64,000 nucleotides of DNA from Longimicrobiales bacterium (GCA_965116905.1 OZ220732.1:1632001-1696000), one strand, 5' to 3'. Counted from the first letter of the stretch, positions 46,001 through 56,503 are shown. The notes: generated by a model from the letters alone, not told the origin. Made by a program: numbers and translations.

Positions 46001-46653
46001 TGCGCGTCAACGTGGTGACCATCTTCCCCGGCTTCTTCACGACGCCCCTCCAGGCCAGCATCCCCGGCAGGGCCGCGGGGTCGGGGCTGGTGTCCTACCG
46101 CGTGGTGGACCTGAGGGACTACACCCACGACGTGCATCGTACCGTCGACGACCAGCCCTACGGCGGCGGTGCGGGCATGGTGATGAAGCCCGAGCCGTTC
46201 TTCGAAGCGATCGACGATCTCGGCCCGGCCGGCCCCATCGTGCTGCTGTCCGCTCGCGGGCGGCGGTTCCGCCACGACGACGCGGTCCGGCTGTCGCTCG
46301 AGCCCGAGGTCACATTCCTCTGCGGGCACTACAAGGACGTGGACCAGCGTGTTGCCGACCACCTGGCGACGGAAGAGCTGTCGCTGGGGGACTTCGTCGT
46401 CTCAGGGGGCGAGGTCGCGGCGCTGGCCATGATCGATGCGGTCGTGCGCCTGCTGCCCGGCGCGCTCGGCGACCACGAGTCGGCATCGTCGGATTCGTTC
46501 TATGACGGTGACGCGATATCCGCTCCCTCCTACACGAGGCCAGCGGACTACCGGGGCATGCAAGTCCCGGAAGTGCTGCGGAGCGGCGACCACCGGCGCA
46601 TCGAGGAGTGGCGGGCGGCCGAGTCGGAGAGGCTCACGCGCAAACGTTCGTAG
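46000..46653 (+). CDS. trmD: tRNA (guanine-N1)-methyltransferase
   Basis: VDDQPYGGGAGMVMKPEP, SLGDFVVSGGE, YTRP, VPEVLRSGDH. Confidence 0.97.
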   Translation: MRVNVVTIFPGFFTTPLQASIPGRAAGSGLVSYRVVDLRDYTHDVHRTVDDQPYGGGAGMVMKPEPFFEAIDDLGPAGPIVLLSARGRRFRHDDAVRLSLEPEVTFLCGHYKDVDQRVADHLATEELSLGDFVVSGGEVAALAMIDAVVRLLPGALGDHESASSDSFYDGDAISAPSYTRPADYRGMQVPEVLRSGDHRRIEEWRAAESERLTRKRS

Positions 46654-46686
46654 CCGCCGCAGCTGCTGGCGGCCGAACGCGTGGCT

Positions 46687-47100
46687 TCAGCGCTCCCTGG
46701 CGCTGTTCGCTTCGAGTTTCTTCAGCACCGTTTCCCTAAGATGCCGCCGCTCTTCGGCGAGCTCCCTGACCGCTTCCAGGCGCTCCCGCACCGCCTCCAG
46801 GCTCTTCCGCGGCGCGACAACGGTCAAATGTCTGCAGCGGTGCGTGGCGCCCTCAGATGCCCGTGGAACCTGGAATCCCGTGCGGAAGTGCCATCCGGCA
46901 GGCGTGCTCGTGACGTCGGCGCCGTCGACGGTCACCGCATACATCACCGACCAGTGAGCCTCGTGCGGCGTACACCCCATCGCGGAATCCCGGGTTTCGG
47001 CCGAGTTCGAGCGCGTGAACGCCAGCGTCGCGGCTACGGCCAGCGCGGTGCTCCCCACGATCACCCCCGTCGCCATCAAATCGGTCCCCGGTTTGCGCAT
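46687..47100 (-). CDS. Small hypothetical membrane-anchored protein, antisense within the trmD-rplS interval
   Basis: GGAGGAG-like SD (GGGAGGAGAGGA) before ATG at 47100; N-terminal TM helix; C-terminal coiled coil. Confidence 0.55.
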   Translation of the reverse strand: MRKPGTDLMATGVIVGSTALAVAATLAFTRSNSAETRDSAMGCTPHEAHWSVMYAVTVDGADVTSTPAGWHFRTGFQVPRASEGATHRCRHLTVVAPRKSLEAVRERLEAVRELAEERRHLRETVLKKLEANSARER

Positions 47101-47342
47101 TGTCCTCTCCTCCCCTGCAGTGATCGTGTGTGAGTGCGCTTGAGACACGGGGAACGCTCGAGAGGGTTGCCGGTGCGTTGGCGGTTGGGTTGGCGGGCGG
47201 GGTGGCGGCAGGGTGCCGGATTGGGTGCCGGATGGAGTATCGGCAGGGTGCCGGGGTTCCAAAAGACGGCTGCTGTTTCTACCTTTCAGGGCTACCATTT
47301 GGAACGGTGCACAACGGCAACGTCACAGTCAGGAGGCCGGCC

Positions 47343-47702
47343 ATGGCGGACATCCTCCAGCAACTCGATACGGAACAGACGAGGACCGATCTGCCCAACT
47401 TCGCGCCCGGCGACACGATCAAGGTGCTCTACCGGGTGCGCGAAGGACAGAAGGAGCGTATCCAGGTCTTCGAAGGCGTCTGCCTGGTGCGCCGTGGTTC
47501 CGGCATGGGCGAGACCTTCACCGTCCGCAAACGGTCGGGCGGCATCGGTGTCGAACGCGTGTTCCCGGTCCATGCCCCGACCGTGGGCGGTGTCGAGGTC
47601 GTTCGGCGCGGACGCGTGCGCCGGGCGAAGCTCTACTACCTGCGCGGTCTGCGTGGGAAAGCCGCGCGGATCAAGGAGAAACGCACCCACCGGCCCAACT
47701 AG
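47343..47702 (+). CDS. rplS: 50S ribosomal protein L19
   Basis: [44 protein letters not shown]. Confidence 0.98.
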   Translation: MADILQQLDTEQTRTDLPNFAPGDTIKVLYRVREGQKERIQVFEGVCLVRRGSGMGETFTVRKRSGGIGVERVFPVHAPTVGGVEVVRRGRVRRAKLYYLRGLRGKAARIKEKRTHRPN

Positions 47703-47714
47703 TGCGCCGGGATC

Positions 47715-48353
47715 GTGGAATCCCGCTCTGGCATTCTTGACTACGAGCGGGACCTGTGGGCGCGCGGCGTCGCGCGGGTTGCCGGAGTCGACGAGGTCGG
47801 GCGCGGACCACTGGCCGGACCGGTCGTGGCAGCCGCCGTCATCCTGGCCGAAGATGTCGCGATCGATGGCGCGACGGACTCCAAGGCGCTGACACCGGAG
47901 CGCCGAACGGAGATCGCCACCGAGATCGAGGCGCACGCGGCGGCGATTGCGCTCGGTGCCGCGTCCGTGCGCGAGATCGACCGGCTGAACATCCTGCGCG
48001 CCACCACCCGTGCGATGACCCGGGCCCTTGGCCGCTTGCCGGTTACGCCGGACCACGTGGTGGTGGACGGATTGCCGGTCCGGGATCTGGGATGGGAACA
48101 CGAGGCTGTGGTCGGAGGTGACGCGCGGGTCCACTCGATCGCGTGCGCTTCGATCGTGGCCAAGGTCTGCCGCGACCGGCTCATGACCCTGCTGGCGGCC
48201 CGTTATCCGGACTACGGCTGGGAGCACAACATGGGCTACGCGACCCACCGGCACAGATCGGCCCTGCGGGAGTCGGGACTCACACCGCACCACCGCACGA
48301 CCTTCGGCCTGTTGCAACTCGAACTGCCGCTGGCCGACCTGGAGGACGGATAG
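47715..48353 (+). CDS. rnhB: Ribonuclease HII
   Basis: AGVDEVGRGPLAGPVVAAAV, DSK, VDG, IACASIVAKV, HRTTF. Confidence 0.97.
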   Translation: MESRSGILDYERDLWARGVARVAGVDEVGRGPLAGPVVAAAVILAEDVAIDGATDSKALTPERRTEIATEIEAHAAAIALGAASVREIDRLNILRATTRAMTRALGRLPVTPDHVVVDGLPVRDLGWEHEAVVGGDARVHSIACASIVAKVCRDRLMTLLAARYPDYGWEHNMGYATHRHRSALRESGLTPHHRTTFGLLQLELPLADLEDG

Positions 48354-48466
48354 GCGGTGTCGCGGACGGGATAACCGGTGTCGGGGACCAATAGCGGTGT
48401 CGGCGGCCGGCGACCCTGCCGAAGCCGAGTGTCCCGCCAGCCTCGCTCCGGCGTTACTTTTCCGGC

Positions 48467-48536
<70 letters not shown>

Positions 48537-48539
<3 letters not shown>

Positions 48540-49622
48540 CTGGGGGGATCGCCACCCCTGATCCGCCGGCTCGTCCGGATCCGAGATCAGGAAGCGAATC
48601 AGCTCGGCGTGGAACTCGTCCGGGATCTCGAAATGAGGTGAGTGGCCCGCGCCCGGAAAGAGCACCAGCTCGGCGTTCTGCAACTGCTCGGCCACGTTGC
48701 GCGCGGCGGCGGGATAGTCGCGCACCAGGCGGTCCTCGGAGCCACCGATCACCAGCGCCTTGGTCCCGATGTACTGCCATTCGTGCACAACCGGGTCCTC
48801 GAACAGGATCCGCCGCTGGGCAGCCCGCACCTGGGCCATGCGCGGCCAGTCGCCGCCCAGGGTGAGTCCGTACTGATACATGACCCAGGGCAGGTACTCG
48901 TCCCGCCAGCCGTTGGGGTAGTAGCGCCGGTGCCCGGCCAGTACTGAACGGTAGGTGGTGCCCTCCAGCACCGAACGGTAGGTATCCTCCGGGTCCGTCC
49001 AGGGCCTTCCCGGCCGTGTATCGGTCAGGCCGATCTGATTCACCATGACCACGTGCGACGTGACGTCCGGATAGGTCGACGCGAAGCGGGTCGCCACCAT
49101 CCCGCCCATGGAGTGCCCGACGATGGCCACGCGCTCGAGGCCGAGCTCGTCGAGCAGAGCCTTCGTGTTCCTTGCCGGCATGTGCAGGTTGTAGTGGATC
49201 AGGGGCTTGGAAGAGCGACCGTAGCCGAGGCGATCGACGGCGATCACCCGAAAGCCGGCGTCGGTCAGTGCGCTGATGGTCGGGGCGAAGGCAGCCGCGA
49301 AGAAGTTCATCCCGTGGAAGAGGACGACCGTGCGGCCGTTCGCTTCACCCGATGGCGCGACATCCATGTAGGCCATGCGGTGGTCGCGCCCCATCAGGTG
49401 CACGTTCATGTAGGCGACGGGATGCGGATACGGGACGTTGGAGTAGTCGATGGCTGTCGGCTCCCAGCCGGGAGGAGGGTCGGCGGGCGGTTCCCGCTGG
49501 GCCGCCGCGTTTGCCGGGCCGAGGGCAGGGAGGACGACGGCGAGGCCGAGAGCGAAGCCGGCAAGGCAGAGAGCAAGCACGGCGAGATCGACGGTGCGGC
49601 GGAGGACGGACGTCACGGGCAT
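48537..49622 (-). CDS. Secreted alpha/beta-hydrolase
   Basis: Signal peptide; LFHGMNF; GYGRSSKP; GHSMGG nucleophile elbow; AGHSPH. Confidence 0.9.
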
Positions 49623-49798
49623 CGGAGGCAAGGCCTTTCTGAACGGTCGGGAATGCGGGCTGGTCTGACGTTCCCATAAACTGGGCTGTCGTGGGCCGCC
49701 GCGTCACGCCTCGTGCCGGTTTGCCCATGGCCTGCGGATCGTCTAACCTGCTCCCGGTTGCCCGTCGTTCCTCCCCACGGCCCCCCAAGGAGCGCACC

Positions 49799-50896
49799 AT
49801 GCCCCGCAGTCCCCTTGCCCCCGTCACCATCCGGCGCACCCGCCCTACCCGCCCTACCCCCCTCACCCGGCCTCGGTCCCGATCCGTTGCGGCGGCCCTC
49901 TCCGCCCTGCTGATCCTCGCGGCTCCCGCCTGCGCACAGACCACCCGCACATTCGGCGACGACCCCGGCCTCGCCCACCTCGCCGACGAGGTCGCGCGGC
50001 TGGCCGAACACGCGGAAGGCACGGTGGGCGTCGCGGCCTACCACCTCGAAACGGGGCGCGGGATCACGCTGAACGGCGGCGAACGCTTCCCCATGGCGAG
50101 CACCTACAAGGTCCCCATCGCGGTGCAGATCCTGACGATGGTCGACAACGGCGAACTTTCGCTCCACGACCTCGTCGAAGTCGACCAGAAGGACGTCTAC
50201 CTGACCGCGAGCGCGATCAGCGACCTCATCGACGACCCCGGCCTCCAGATCTCGATCCACAACCTGCTCGAGATGATGCTCCAGATCAGCGACAACATCG
50301 CCACGGACCTGCTCATGCGGGAGGCGGGTGGAGCGGCTGCCGTGACCGAGCGAATGGCCGCGGTCGGGGCCGGCGGGATCCGGGTCGACCGCCCCACCTG
50401 GGCCCTGATCGCCAACTGGCTCGGCGATGCGGACATATCGGAGGACAACCAGCCGGCGCCGGAGGACTACCGGAGGCTGCTCGAAGCGGAGCGCACCGAC
50501 GCGTCGGTGGCTGCCCTCAACGACGCCTTCAACGCCGATCCGCGCGATACCTCGACCCCTGAGGCCATGTCCTCGCTGCTGCAGAAGATCTGGAACCGGG
50601 AGATTCTGTCGGAGGAGAGTTCGGCGCTGCTGATCGACATCATGTACCGCTGCCAGACCGGTGAGGCGCGGCTCAAGGGCTCGCTGCCGCCGGGCACCGA
50701 AGTCGCCCACAAGACGGGCACGATCGGCCAGACGACCAACGATGTCGGGATCATCGATCTGCCGGGCGGTGCGGGCCACGTCGTGACGGTCGTGTACATC
50801 AAGGAGTCGGAGGTCGAGAGCGTTGCCGACCGCGAGCCCGTGATCGCACAGATCGCGAGGGCGGTGCACGACTATTTCGTGTTCAACCGTGGCTAG
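49799..50896 (+). CDS. Class A beta-lactamase-like serine enzyme, atypical omega loop
   Basis: FPMASTYK (SxxK), SDN, HKTGT, DPRDTSTP. Confidence 0.85.
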   Translation: MPRSPLAPVTIRRTRPTRPTPLTRPRSRSVAAALSALLILAAPACAQTTRTFGDDPGLAHLADEVARLAEHAEGTVGVAAYHLETGRGITLNGGERFPMASTYKVPIAVQILTMVDNGELSLHDLVEVDQKDVYLTASAISDLIDDPGLQISIHNLLEMMLQISDNIATDLLMREAGGAAAVTERMAAVGAGGIRVDRPTWALIANWLGDADISEDNQPAPEDYRRLLEAERTDASVAALNDAFNADPRDTSTPEAMSSLLQKIWNREILSEESSALLIDIMYRCQTGEARLKGSLPPGTEVAHKTGTIGQTTNDVGIIDLPGGAGHVVTVVYIKESEVESVADREPVIAQIARAVHDYFVFNRG

Positions 50897-52517
50897 TGAC
50901 GGGCGGGCCCGCCGGGTTGTGAGCCGGCCGGGCTTGCGGGCGCGTGGCCCCGCCAGCCGGGCGGGGGCAGCCGCAGCCGCCAGACTCGCTGCCGCAGCTC
51001 TCCTCGCCCTCGCGCACCCGGGCGCCGCCCAACCCGCCCCGCTCCAGGGCCTGGACGACTACGTCACCGCCGCGATGGAGGCGTGGAACGTCCCGGGCCT
51101 GGCGCTGGCCGTGATCGCGGACGGCGAGGTCGTGCACGCGCGCGGCTACGGTGTGCGCGATGTCCGCACTGGCGCGCCCGTCGACGAGAACACGCTCTTC
51201 GCGGTGGGTTCGACGTCGAAGGCCTTCACCTCGGCTGCGCTGGGTTTGCTGGTCGACGAGGGCCGCCTCAGCTGGGACGACCGCGTCATCGACCACATCC
51301 CTTGGTTCGCCATGCACGACGCGTACGCCACCCGCGAGCTCACGCTGCGGGACCTCCTCACGCACCGCAGCGGTCTCGCGCGCGGTGACGCGGTGTGGTC
51401 CCGTTGGCCGCACGACCGCCACGAGATCATTCGCCGCATCCGCTTCCTCGAGCCGACGCGCAGCTTCCGGGGCGCCTGGCAGTATCAGAACCTGATGTTC
51501 CTCACCGCCGGCGAGGTCGTGCGGGTCGCCTCTGGGCAGACCTGGGACGACTTCGTGGACGAACGCATCTTCACGCCCCTGGGCATGGACCGCAGCGTCA
51601 CCTCGGTCACCGAACTCGACCGCCTCGACAACATCGCGACGCCCCATGTGGCCATTGACGGGGCCGCCACGCCCGTCGCCCACAAGAACATTGACAACGT
51701 GGGCCCGGCGGGGTCGATCTACTCCAGCGTGGCGCAGATGGCCCGGTGGGTGAACCTGCACCTGGCCGGTGGCGTCCATGCCGGGGAGCGCCTGTTCAGC
51801 GACAGCGTCATGGCGGAAATGCACCGCCCTCAAATGCTCATCCAGGCGGACGCGCCCGAGAACAGCCTGCACCCGCGCGATGCCCACATGAACTTCAACG
51901 CCTACGGCCTGGCCTGGTGGGTCCTCGACTACCGCGGCCGCAAGGTGGTCGACCACGGCGGCGGCATCGACGGCATGCGCGCGCACGTCGCGTTCATGCC
52001 CGAAGAGGGCCTGGGTATGGTGGCGCTCTCCAATGCCCGTCCCAACAACCTGATCGTGGCACTCATGTACCGCGTGTTCGATCACTTCTTGTCGGAGGTG
52101 GAGGGAGGAGAGGGCGGCGGTGGCGTTTTCAGCGGCCCGGCCGACGCAATGGCTGATTGGAGCGCACTCATGCTTGCGGAATACCGCGAATCCGCCGCGG
52201 CACAGGCCGACGCGCGCAGCCGCCGGGCGGCTGACCGGGCAGTCGCCACCGAGCCCTCACGGCCCCTCACCGAGTACGCCGGGAGCTACGGCCACGAGTA
52301 CTACGGGGCCATCGACGTCGCCCACCAGGATGGCTCGCTGCGCTTCAGCTTCGGGGGCAAGACCACGGGCCGCATGGAGCACTGGCACTACGATGTCTTC
52401 CGCGCGGTCCCGGACAACCCGGCCAACGCCGCAATGTTCTTCACCTTCACCGTGGGCCCGGCGGGCATGGCGGGCGTGCTCGAGGTGGAGGGGTTGGGGG
52501 CCTTTGGGCGGCTTTAG
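50889..52517 (+). CDS. Serine hydrolase (class C beta-lactamase/AmpC-like) with C-terminal DUF3471-like domain
   Basis: VGSTSK, LLTHRSG, WQYQN, HGGG; YAGSYGHEYYG...MEHWHYDVF. Confidence 0.88.
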   Translation: MASDGRARRVVSRPGLRARGPASRAGAAAAARLAAAALLALAHPGAAQPAPLQGLDDYVTAAMEAWNVPGLALAVIADGEVVHARGYGVRDVRTGAPVDENTLFAVGSTSKAFTSAALGLLVDEGRLSWDDRVIDHIPWFAMHDAYATRELTLRDLLTHRSGLARGDAVWSRWPHDRHEIIRRIRFLEPTRSFRGAWQYQNLMFLTAGEVVRVASGQTWDDFVDERIFTPLGMDRSVTSVTELDRLDNIATPHVAIDGAATPVAHKNIDNVGPAGSIYSSVAQMARWVNLHLAGGVHAGERLFSDSVMAEMHRPQMLIQADAPENSLHPRDAHMNFNAYGLAWWVLDYRGRKVVDHGGGIDGMRAHVAFMPEEGLGMVALSNARPNNLIVALMYRVFDHFLSEVEGGEGGGGVFSGPADAMADWSALMLAEYRESAAAQADARSRRAADRAVATEPSRPLTEYAGSYGHEYYGAIDVAHQDGSLRFSFGGKTTGRMEHWHYDVFRAVPDNPANAAMFFTFTVGPAGMAGVLEVEGLGAFGRL

Positions 52518-52604
52518 TCCAGGCGGCGGGCCCGAATCCATGGCCGGTCCCGCTCCGGGCACATGAGGTTTGCACATGTCATATTCCAGGGGAGGGGGGG
52601 GTCC

Positions 52605-53018
52605 GTGAGCAATTCCGACGAACGACGATGGCAGCAGCGGCTCGACACATTCGGCACGGCCCTCGCGCAACTGACGAACGCCTGTGACCGGGAGTGGTAC
52701 GAGTACCTGGAACTGGCCGGACTGATCAAGACGTTCGAGTTCAGCTTCGAGCTGTCCTGGAAGGTGCTCAAGGACCTCCTCTTCTACGAAGGCCATGACG
52801 TGAAGACCCCGCGCACGGTGATCCGCAAGAGCTTCGAGGCAGACTACATCGACGAGAGCGACTGCGAGACCCTGCTTGACGCGCTTGAAAAGCGGAACCT
52901 CTTGAGCCATGCCTATTTGCTCGACGTGGCGCAGGAGGCCGAGACGCTGATCAAGGATCGCTACCACCCGGTCCTGCTGCGACTCCACCGGACTCTGGAC
53001 GCCAGGCGAACGCAGTGA
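52605..53018 (+). CDS. HEPN-domain (HI0074/HepT-like) toxin / nucleotidyltransferase substrate-binding protein
   Basis: GLIKTFEFSFELSWK; RNLLSHAY (Rx4HxY). Confidence 0.85.
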   Translation: MSNSDERRWQQRLDTFGTALAQLTNACDREWYEYLELAGLIKTFEFSFELSWKVLKDLLFYEGHDVKTPRTVIRKSFEADYIDESDCETLLDALEKRNLLSHAYLLDVAQEAETLIKDRYHPVLLRLHRTLDARRTQ

Positions 53019-53329
53019 CGGACCCACTGAAGGATGTGCACCGGGAGGCGATCATCGCCGTCATCGCCGCCAACGACCGGGTGGAACGGGCCGTGCTGTT
53101 CGGATCGAGGGCGACCGCGACCAACACCGTGACTTCCGATGTGGACATCGCGCTGTTCGGTGACCGGTTGACCCTGACGGATCAGGCCCATCTCTCCGTG
53201 GCGTTGGAGGAGATTCCGATGGCGCAGACGGTGGATCTCCTGCTGTACGATTCGATACGAGATCGAGCGTTGCGGGAACATATCCGGAACGATGGCGTCG
53301 AGTGGTACCGCCGCCACGAGACCTGCTGA
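53015..53329 (+). CDS. Minimal nucleotidyltransferase (MntA-like antitoxin)
   Basis: LFGSRA-x7-SDVDIAL, VDLL; GTGA overlap with the HEPN gene. Confidence 0.85.
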   Translation: MTDPLKDVHREAIIAVIAANDRVERAVLFGSRATATNTVTSDVDIALFGDRLTLTDQAHLSVALEEIPMAQTVDLLLYDSIRDRALREHIRNDGVEWYRRHETC

Positions 53330-53458
53330 CCGGCGACAACGGTGGTCAGGTCGCAGGGATGCCCGGCGTCCTCAGCATCACCTTGCTGCCCCCACGAGGG
53401 CCCAACACTTTTGCGCTTCATCGCATCATGAAATCCGTGCTCGGAAGGCCGACCACTC

Positions 53459-54679
53459 ATGGCTGACAGCCGCATGAACACCCGCTCGCGCGCCCTGCCG
53501 ACACTCGCGGGACCAATCTGCGCGGCCCTTGTCCTCCTCACACCCGCGTGCGACCCGGGCGACGCTGGCCGGGAAGCGATCCAGACCGTACTGGAGGTCA
53601 CGGACTCGGGAGGCGTGAGGACGGTCCACCTGGGAAGCCTTGATGAGCTGTCGGCTACCCGGATCCCCCCAAACCTCGTGGCTTCCACGCGGGAGCAAGG
53701 CATCGAACTGTTCAACGCCACGATGGCGCTCTTCCTCGATGGCGGCGGCCTGGCGTTGGGCAACGCCGGGTCAATGGAAGTGCTGCTCCTGGCCGGTGAC
53801 GGGTCATTGGCCACACGGGTCGGGGGGCAGGGTGAGGGCCCGGGCGAGTTCACGGAGGTGACTTCCCTGATCAAGACGCCCGCCGGTTTTCTGGTGTACG
53901 ATTCCCGGCTTGGACGCATCAGCGAGTTTACTGAAGCGGGGGACTTCGTCACTTCCGGGGCGCTGTCCAGCGGGAGCCGTGTTGCCGACCTGAAACCGTT
54001 GGCACAATCGACCGGCGGAGAGATGCTGGCCATCCTGGGCGAATTGCGCCTCTTCTCCGACCGCAACGAGGTCAGGAGGGACATTACGCCGCTGCTGGTT
54101 TTCCGGGACAGCGAAGCCGCGCCCGACACCCTGGCGCTTCTTCCCGCGAAGGAATGGAGCTACTCGGTGACTGAAGTCATGTCCTTCCGCAACGAAATGG
54201 CGTTCGGTCGGGACGCTGTCGCGTTCGGTTTCGGGGACCGGGCCATTATCGGCGATACCGACTCGCTCGATCTCTCGGTCCGTCTTGCCGATGGGCGAGT
54301 GACGCGGCGGATCCGGGGCAGCGCTGGCGAGCGCAGGGTCAGCGCAGACGAGATGCGAGCATGGAGGGATGGAGAGTTGGCCGAGCTGGGTTCGGACCCG
54401 CCAGAGCCGTTCGTCAGGGCCATCGAGGGGATCCACGCGGAGACGTACCCGGCCTTCGCCGCCGCAGTGCTGGGTCCGGATGAACTGGTATGGATCGGCC
54501 TGCAGAGTCGCTGGGGTGATGAAGCGAGGACGTGGCTGATCGTGAAGCCGGATGGACAGTTGCAGGGCAGCATCCAGCTGCCCGCAGACGCGATGGTTCT
54601 GGCTGTCGATGCGCAGCGCTTCGCCGTGCAGCAGCGCGATGCCCTCGATGTGGAGGACATCCAGGTCTATACGTACTAA
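53459..54679 (+). CDS. 6-bladed beta-propeller-like lipoprotein
   Basis: Lipobox-like TPAC; VGGQGEGPGEF; C-terminal RDALDVEDIQVY, similar to 22802-24118. Confidence 0.7.
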   Translation: MADSRMNTRSRALPTLAGPICAALVLLTPACDPGDAGREAIQTVLEVTDSGGVRTVHLGSLDELSATRIPPNLVASTREQGIELFNATMALFLDGGGLALGNAGSMEVLLLAGDGSLATRVGGQGEGPGEFTEVTSLIKTPAGFLVYDSRLGRISEFTEAGDFVTSGALSSGSRVADLKPLAQSTGGEMLAILGELRLFSDRNEVRRDITPLLVFRDSEAAPDTLALLPAKEWSYSVTEVMSFRNEMAFGRDAVAFGFGDRAIIGDTDSLDLSVRLADGRVTRRIRGSAGERRVSADEMRAWRDGELAELGSDPPEPFVRAIEGIHAETYPAFAAAVLGPDELVWIGLQSRWGDEARTWLIVKPDGQLQGSIQLPADAMVLAVDAQRFAVQQRDALDVEDIQVYTY

Positions 54680-54827
54680 TGACCAGACGCCAAGTAAGAC
54701 CTACGGGAGCATCGCATTGAACGGCCAACCATCCGACCCTAACGTTACGTCAGGGTTAGCGGTAAAGAACTGCCGAACCGAGGGTCGATGGTGGGCTTGG
54801 CGCGTCGCCCGTCGCCTCTCGGAAAGA

Positions 54828-56447
54828 ATGTCGCGCTGGCGGCCCTCGCCTTGCCTGCTCTGTCTCTGCTTCGCAACCACCGCCGGCAGCGTCAGCGCAC
54901 AGGAAACGCAAGCGCCCGCACAGGCCCCGCCCCCCGACCCCCTCTCCGGCTTCGCCACCTACATCACCGAGTCCCTGCCCGACTGGGACCTCCCCGGTCT
55001 GGCAGTCGCCGTCGTCCACGAGGGCGAGGTCGTCTTCGCACAGGGCTTCGGCGTCAAGCAGGTGGGCCGCAACGATCCGGTCGATGCGCGTACCCTCTTC
55101 CAGATCGGCTCCGTAACCAAGTCCTTCGCTGCAGCCGCCATCGGCGCCATGGTCGACGAGGGGCTGGCCGCGTGGGATGACCCCGTAGTCGAGCACCTCC
55201 CCTGGTTCCGCGTGAAGGACCCCTGGATTACGCGTGAGATCACCCTGCGCGACCTGCTGTCGCACCAGTCCGGCATGCCCGGGGCCGCGTACCCGGTGCT
55301 GGCCGTCGTGGACGCGCGCGAGACCGCCGAGGGCCTTCGCCTGCTCGACAACCAGGGCCCACTCCGGCAGGGCTACCGGTACAGCAACCAGGCCTATGGC
55401 GTGGCCGGACTCGTGGTAGAGGCGGCCGCGGGCATGAGCTGGGGCGCGTGGGTGCGCGAGCGGCTGCTGGCGCCGCTGGAGATGCGGAACACCGGGACCA
55501 GTCCATATGACGTGTGGGACTCCGCATACGTCGCGCCGACCTTCCTCGGGAGCGCGTCCGCCGGGATCCCCGGCATCGACGATGCGCCGGGTCTCAACGT
55601 CGCCATGCCCCACGGGGTGGACCGCGACGGCAATCGACGGGTCCTGTCGTGGCAGTCCTACGACAACATGCAGGCGGCCGGCAGCGTCGTGTCCAACGTC
55701 GTCGACATGGCGAACTGGGTCCGGATGCAGCTCGACCACGGGCGGTTCGACGGTGTCGCCGTGCTGGATTCCGCGACGGTGTCGGAAATGCACGTGCCGC
55801 TGGTTCGCACGCCGTCCACATTCGTCTTCGCCGACCCCGGGACCGGCGCCTACGGGCTGGGATGGGGGCGCGCGGGCTTCCTCGGGCACACTTACCTCTC
55901 CCACGGCGGGGGCATCTTTGGGTTCCCGGCGTACGCGGCGATGCTGCCGGAGCTGCGGGCCGGAGTCGTCGTCCTGGCCAACGGCAGCATGTGGACGCCC
56001 TACTACCCCCACCAGGAGATCGCGGCCTGGGTTTTCGCGCGTCTGCTGGGGGTCGAGGGAAGGGACTGGCACGGCGAGGTCATGGCGCGTACCGAGGCGA
56101 TCCACGCCCAGGTGGATGCGGCGCTGGAGGCCCGGGCGACAGGCCGCATCGATGGGACACGGCCATCGCTCCCGCTGACCGCGTACGCGGGACGCTACGT
56201 GGACGAATACGGTGCCGCGACGGCGCATGTGGTCCACGGCGACACCGGCCTGCGCGTGCACTTCGGAGCACCGGGCTCATTCTCGGGCGACATGGAGCAC
56301 TGGCATCACGACGTATTCCAGCTCCACTACGACGGCGGGGACGGCCAGGCGTACGGAAGTTCCTTCGTGACCTTCACGATCGGTCCGGACGGGGGCGTGG
56401 CGCAGATGGACATGGGGTTCATGGGACGGTACCGGAGGGCGCGGTGA
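54828..56447 (+). CDS. Serine hydrolase (AmpC-like) with DUF3471-like domain, paralog of 50889-52517
   Basis: IGSVTK, LLSHQSG, YRYSN, HGGG, MEHWHHDVF. Confidence 0.88.
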   Translation: MSRWRPSPCLLCLCFATTAGSVSAQETQAPAQAPPPDPLSGFATYITESLPDWDLPGLAVAVVHEGEVVFAQGFGVKQVGRNDPVDARTLFQIGSVTKSFAAAAIGAMVDEGLAAWDDPVVEHLPWFRVKDPWITREITLRDLLSHQSGMPGAAYPVLAVVDARETAEGLRLLDNQGPLRQGYRYSNQAYGVAGLVVEAAAGMSWGAWVRERLLAPLEMRNTGTSPYDVWDSAYVAPTFLGSASAGIPGIDDAPGLNVAMPHGVDRDGNRRVLSWQSYDNMQAAGSVVSNVVDMANWVRMQLDHGRFDGVAVLDSATVSEMHVPLVRTPSTFVFADPGTGAYGLGWGRAGFLGHTYLSHGGGIFGFPAYAAMLPELRAGVVVLANGSMWTPYYPHQEIAAWVFARLLGVEGRDWHGEVMARTEAIHAQVDAALEARATGRIDGTRPSLPLTAYAGRYVDEYGAATAHVVHGDTGLRVHFGAPGSFSGDMEHWHHDVFQLHYDGGDGQAYGSSFVTFTIGPDGGVAQMDMGFMGRYRRAR

Positions 56448-56500
56448 GTCACCGGAGGATTTGGTGAGGCGCCGGAGGATGCGGTGAGCCGCCGGAGGAT
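56441..56500 (+). repeat. 3 x 20-bp tandem repeat (..GGTGAGNCRCCGGAGGAT) spanning a stop codon and the next RBS
   Basis: Units at 56441, 56461 and 56481. Confidence 0.85.
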
Positions 56501-56503
56501 GCG

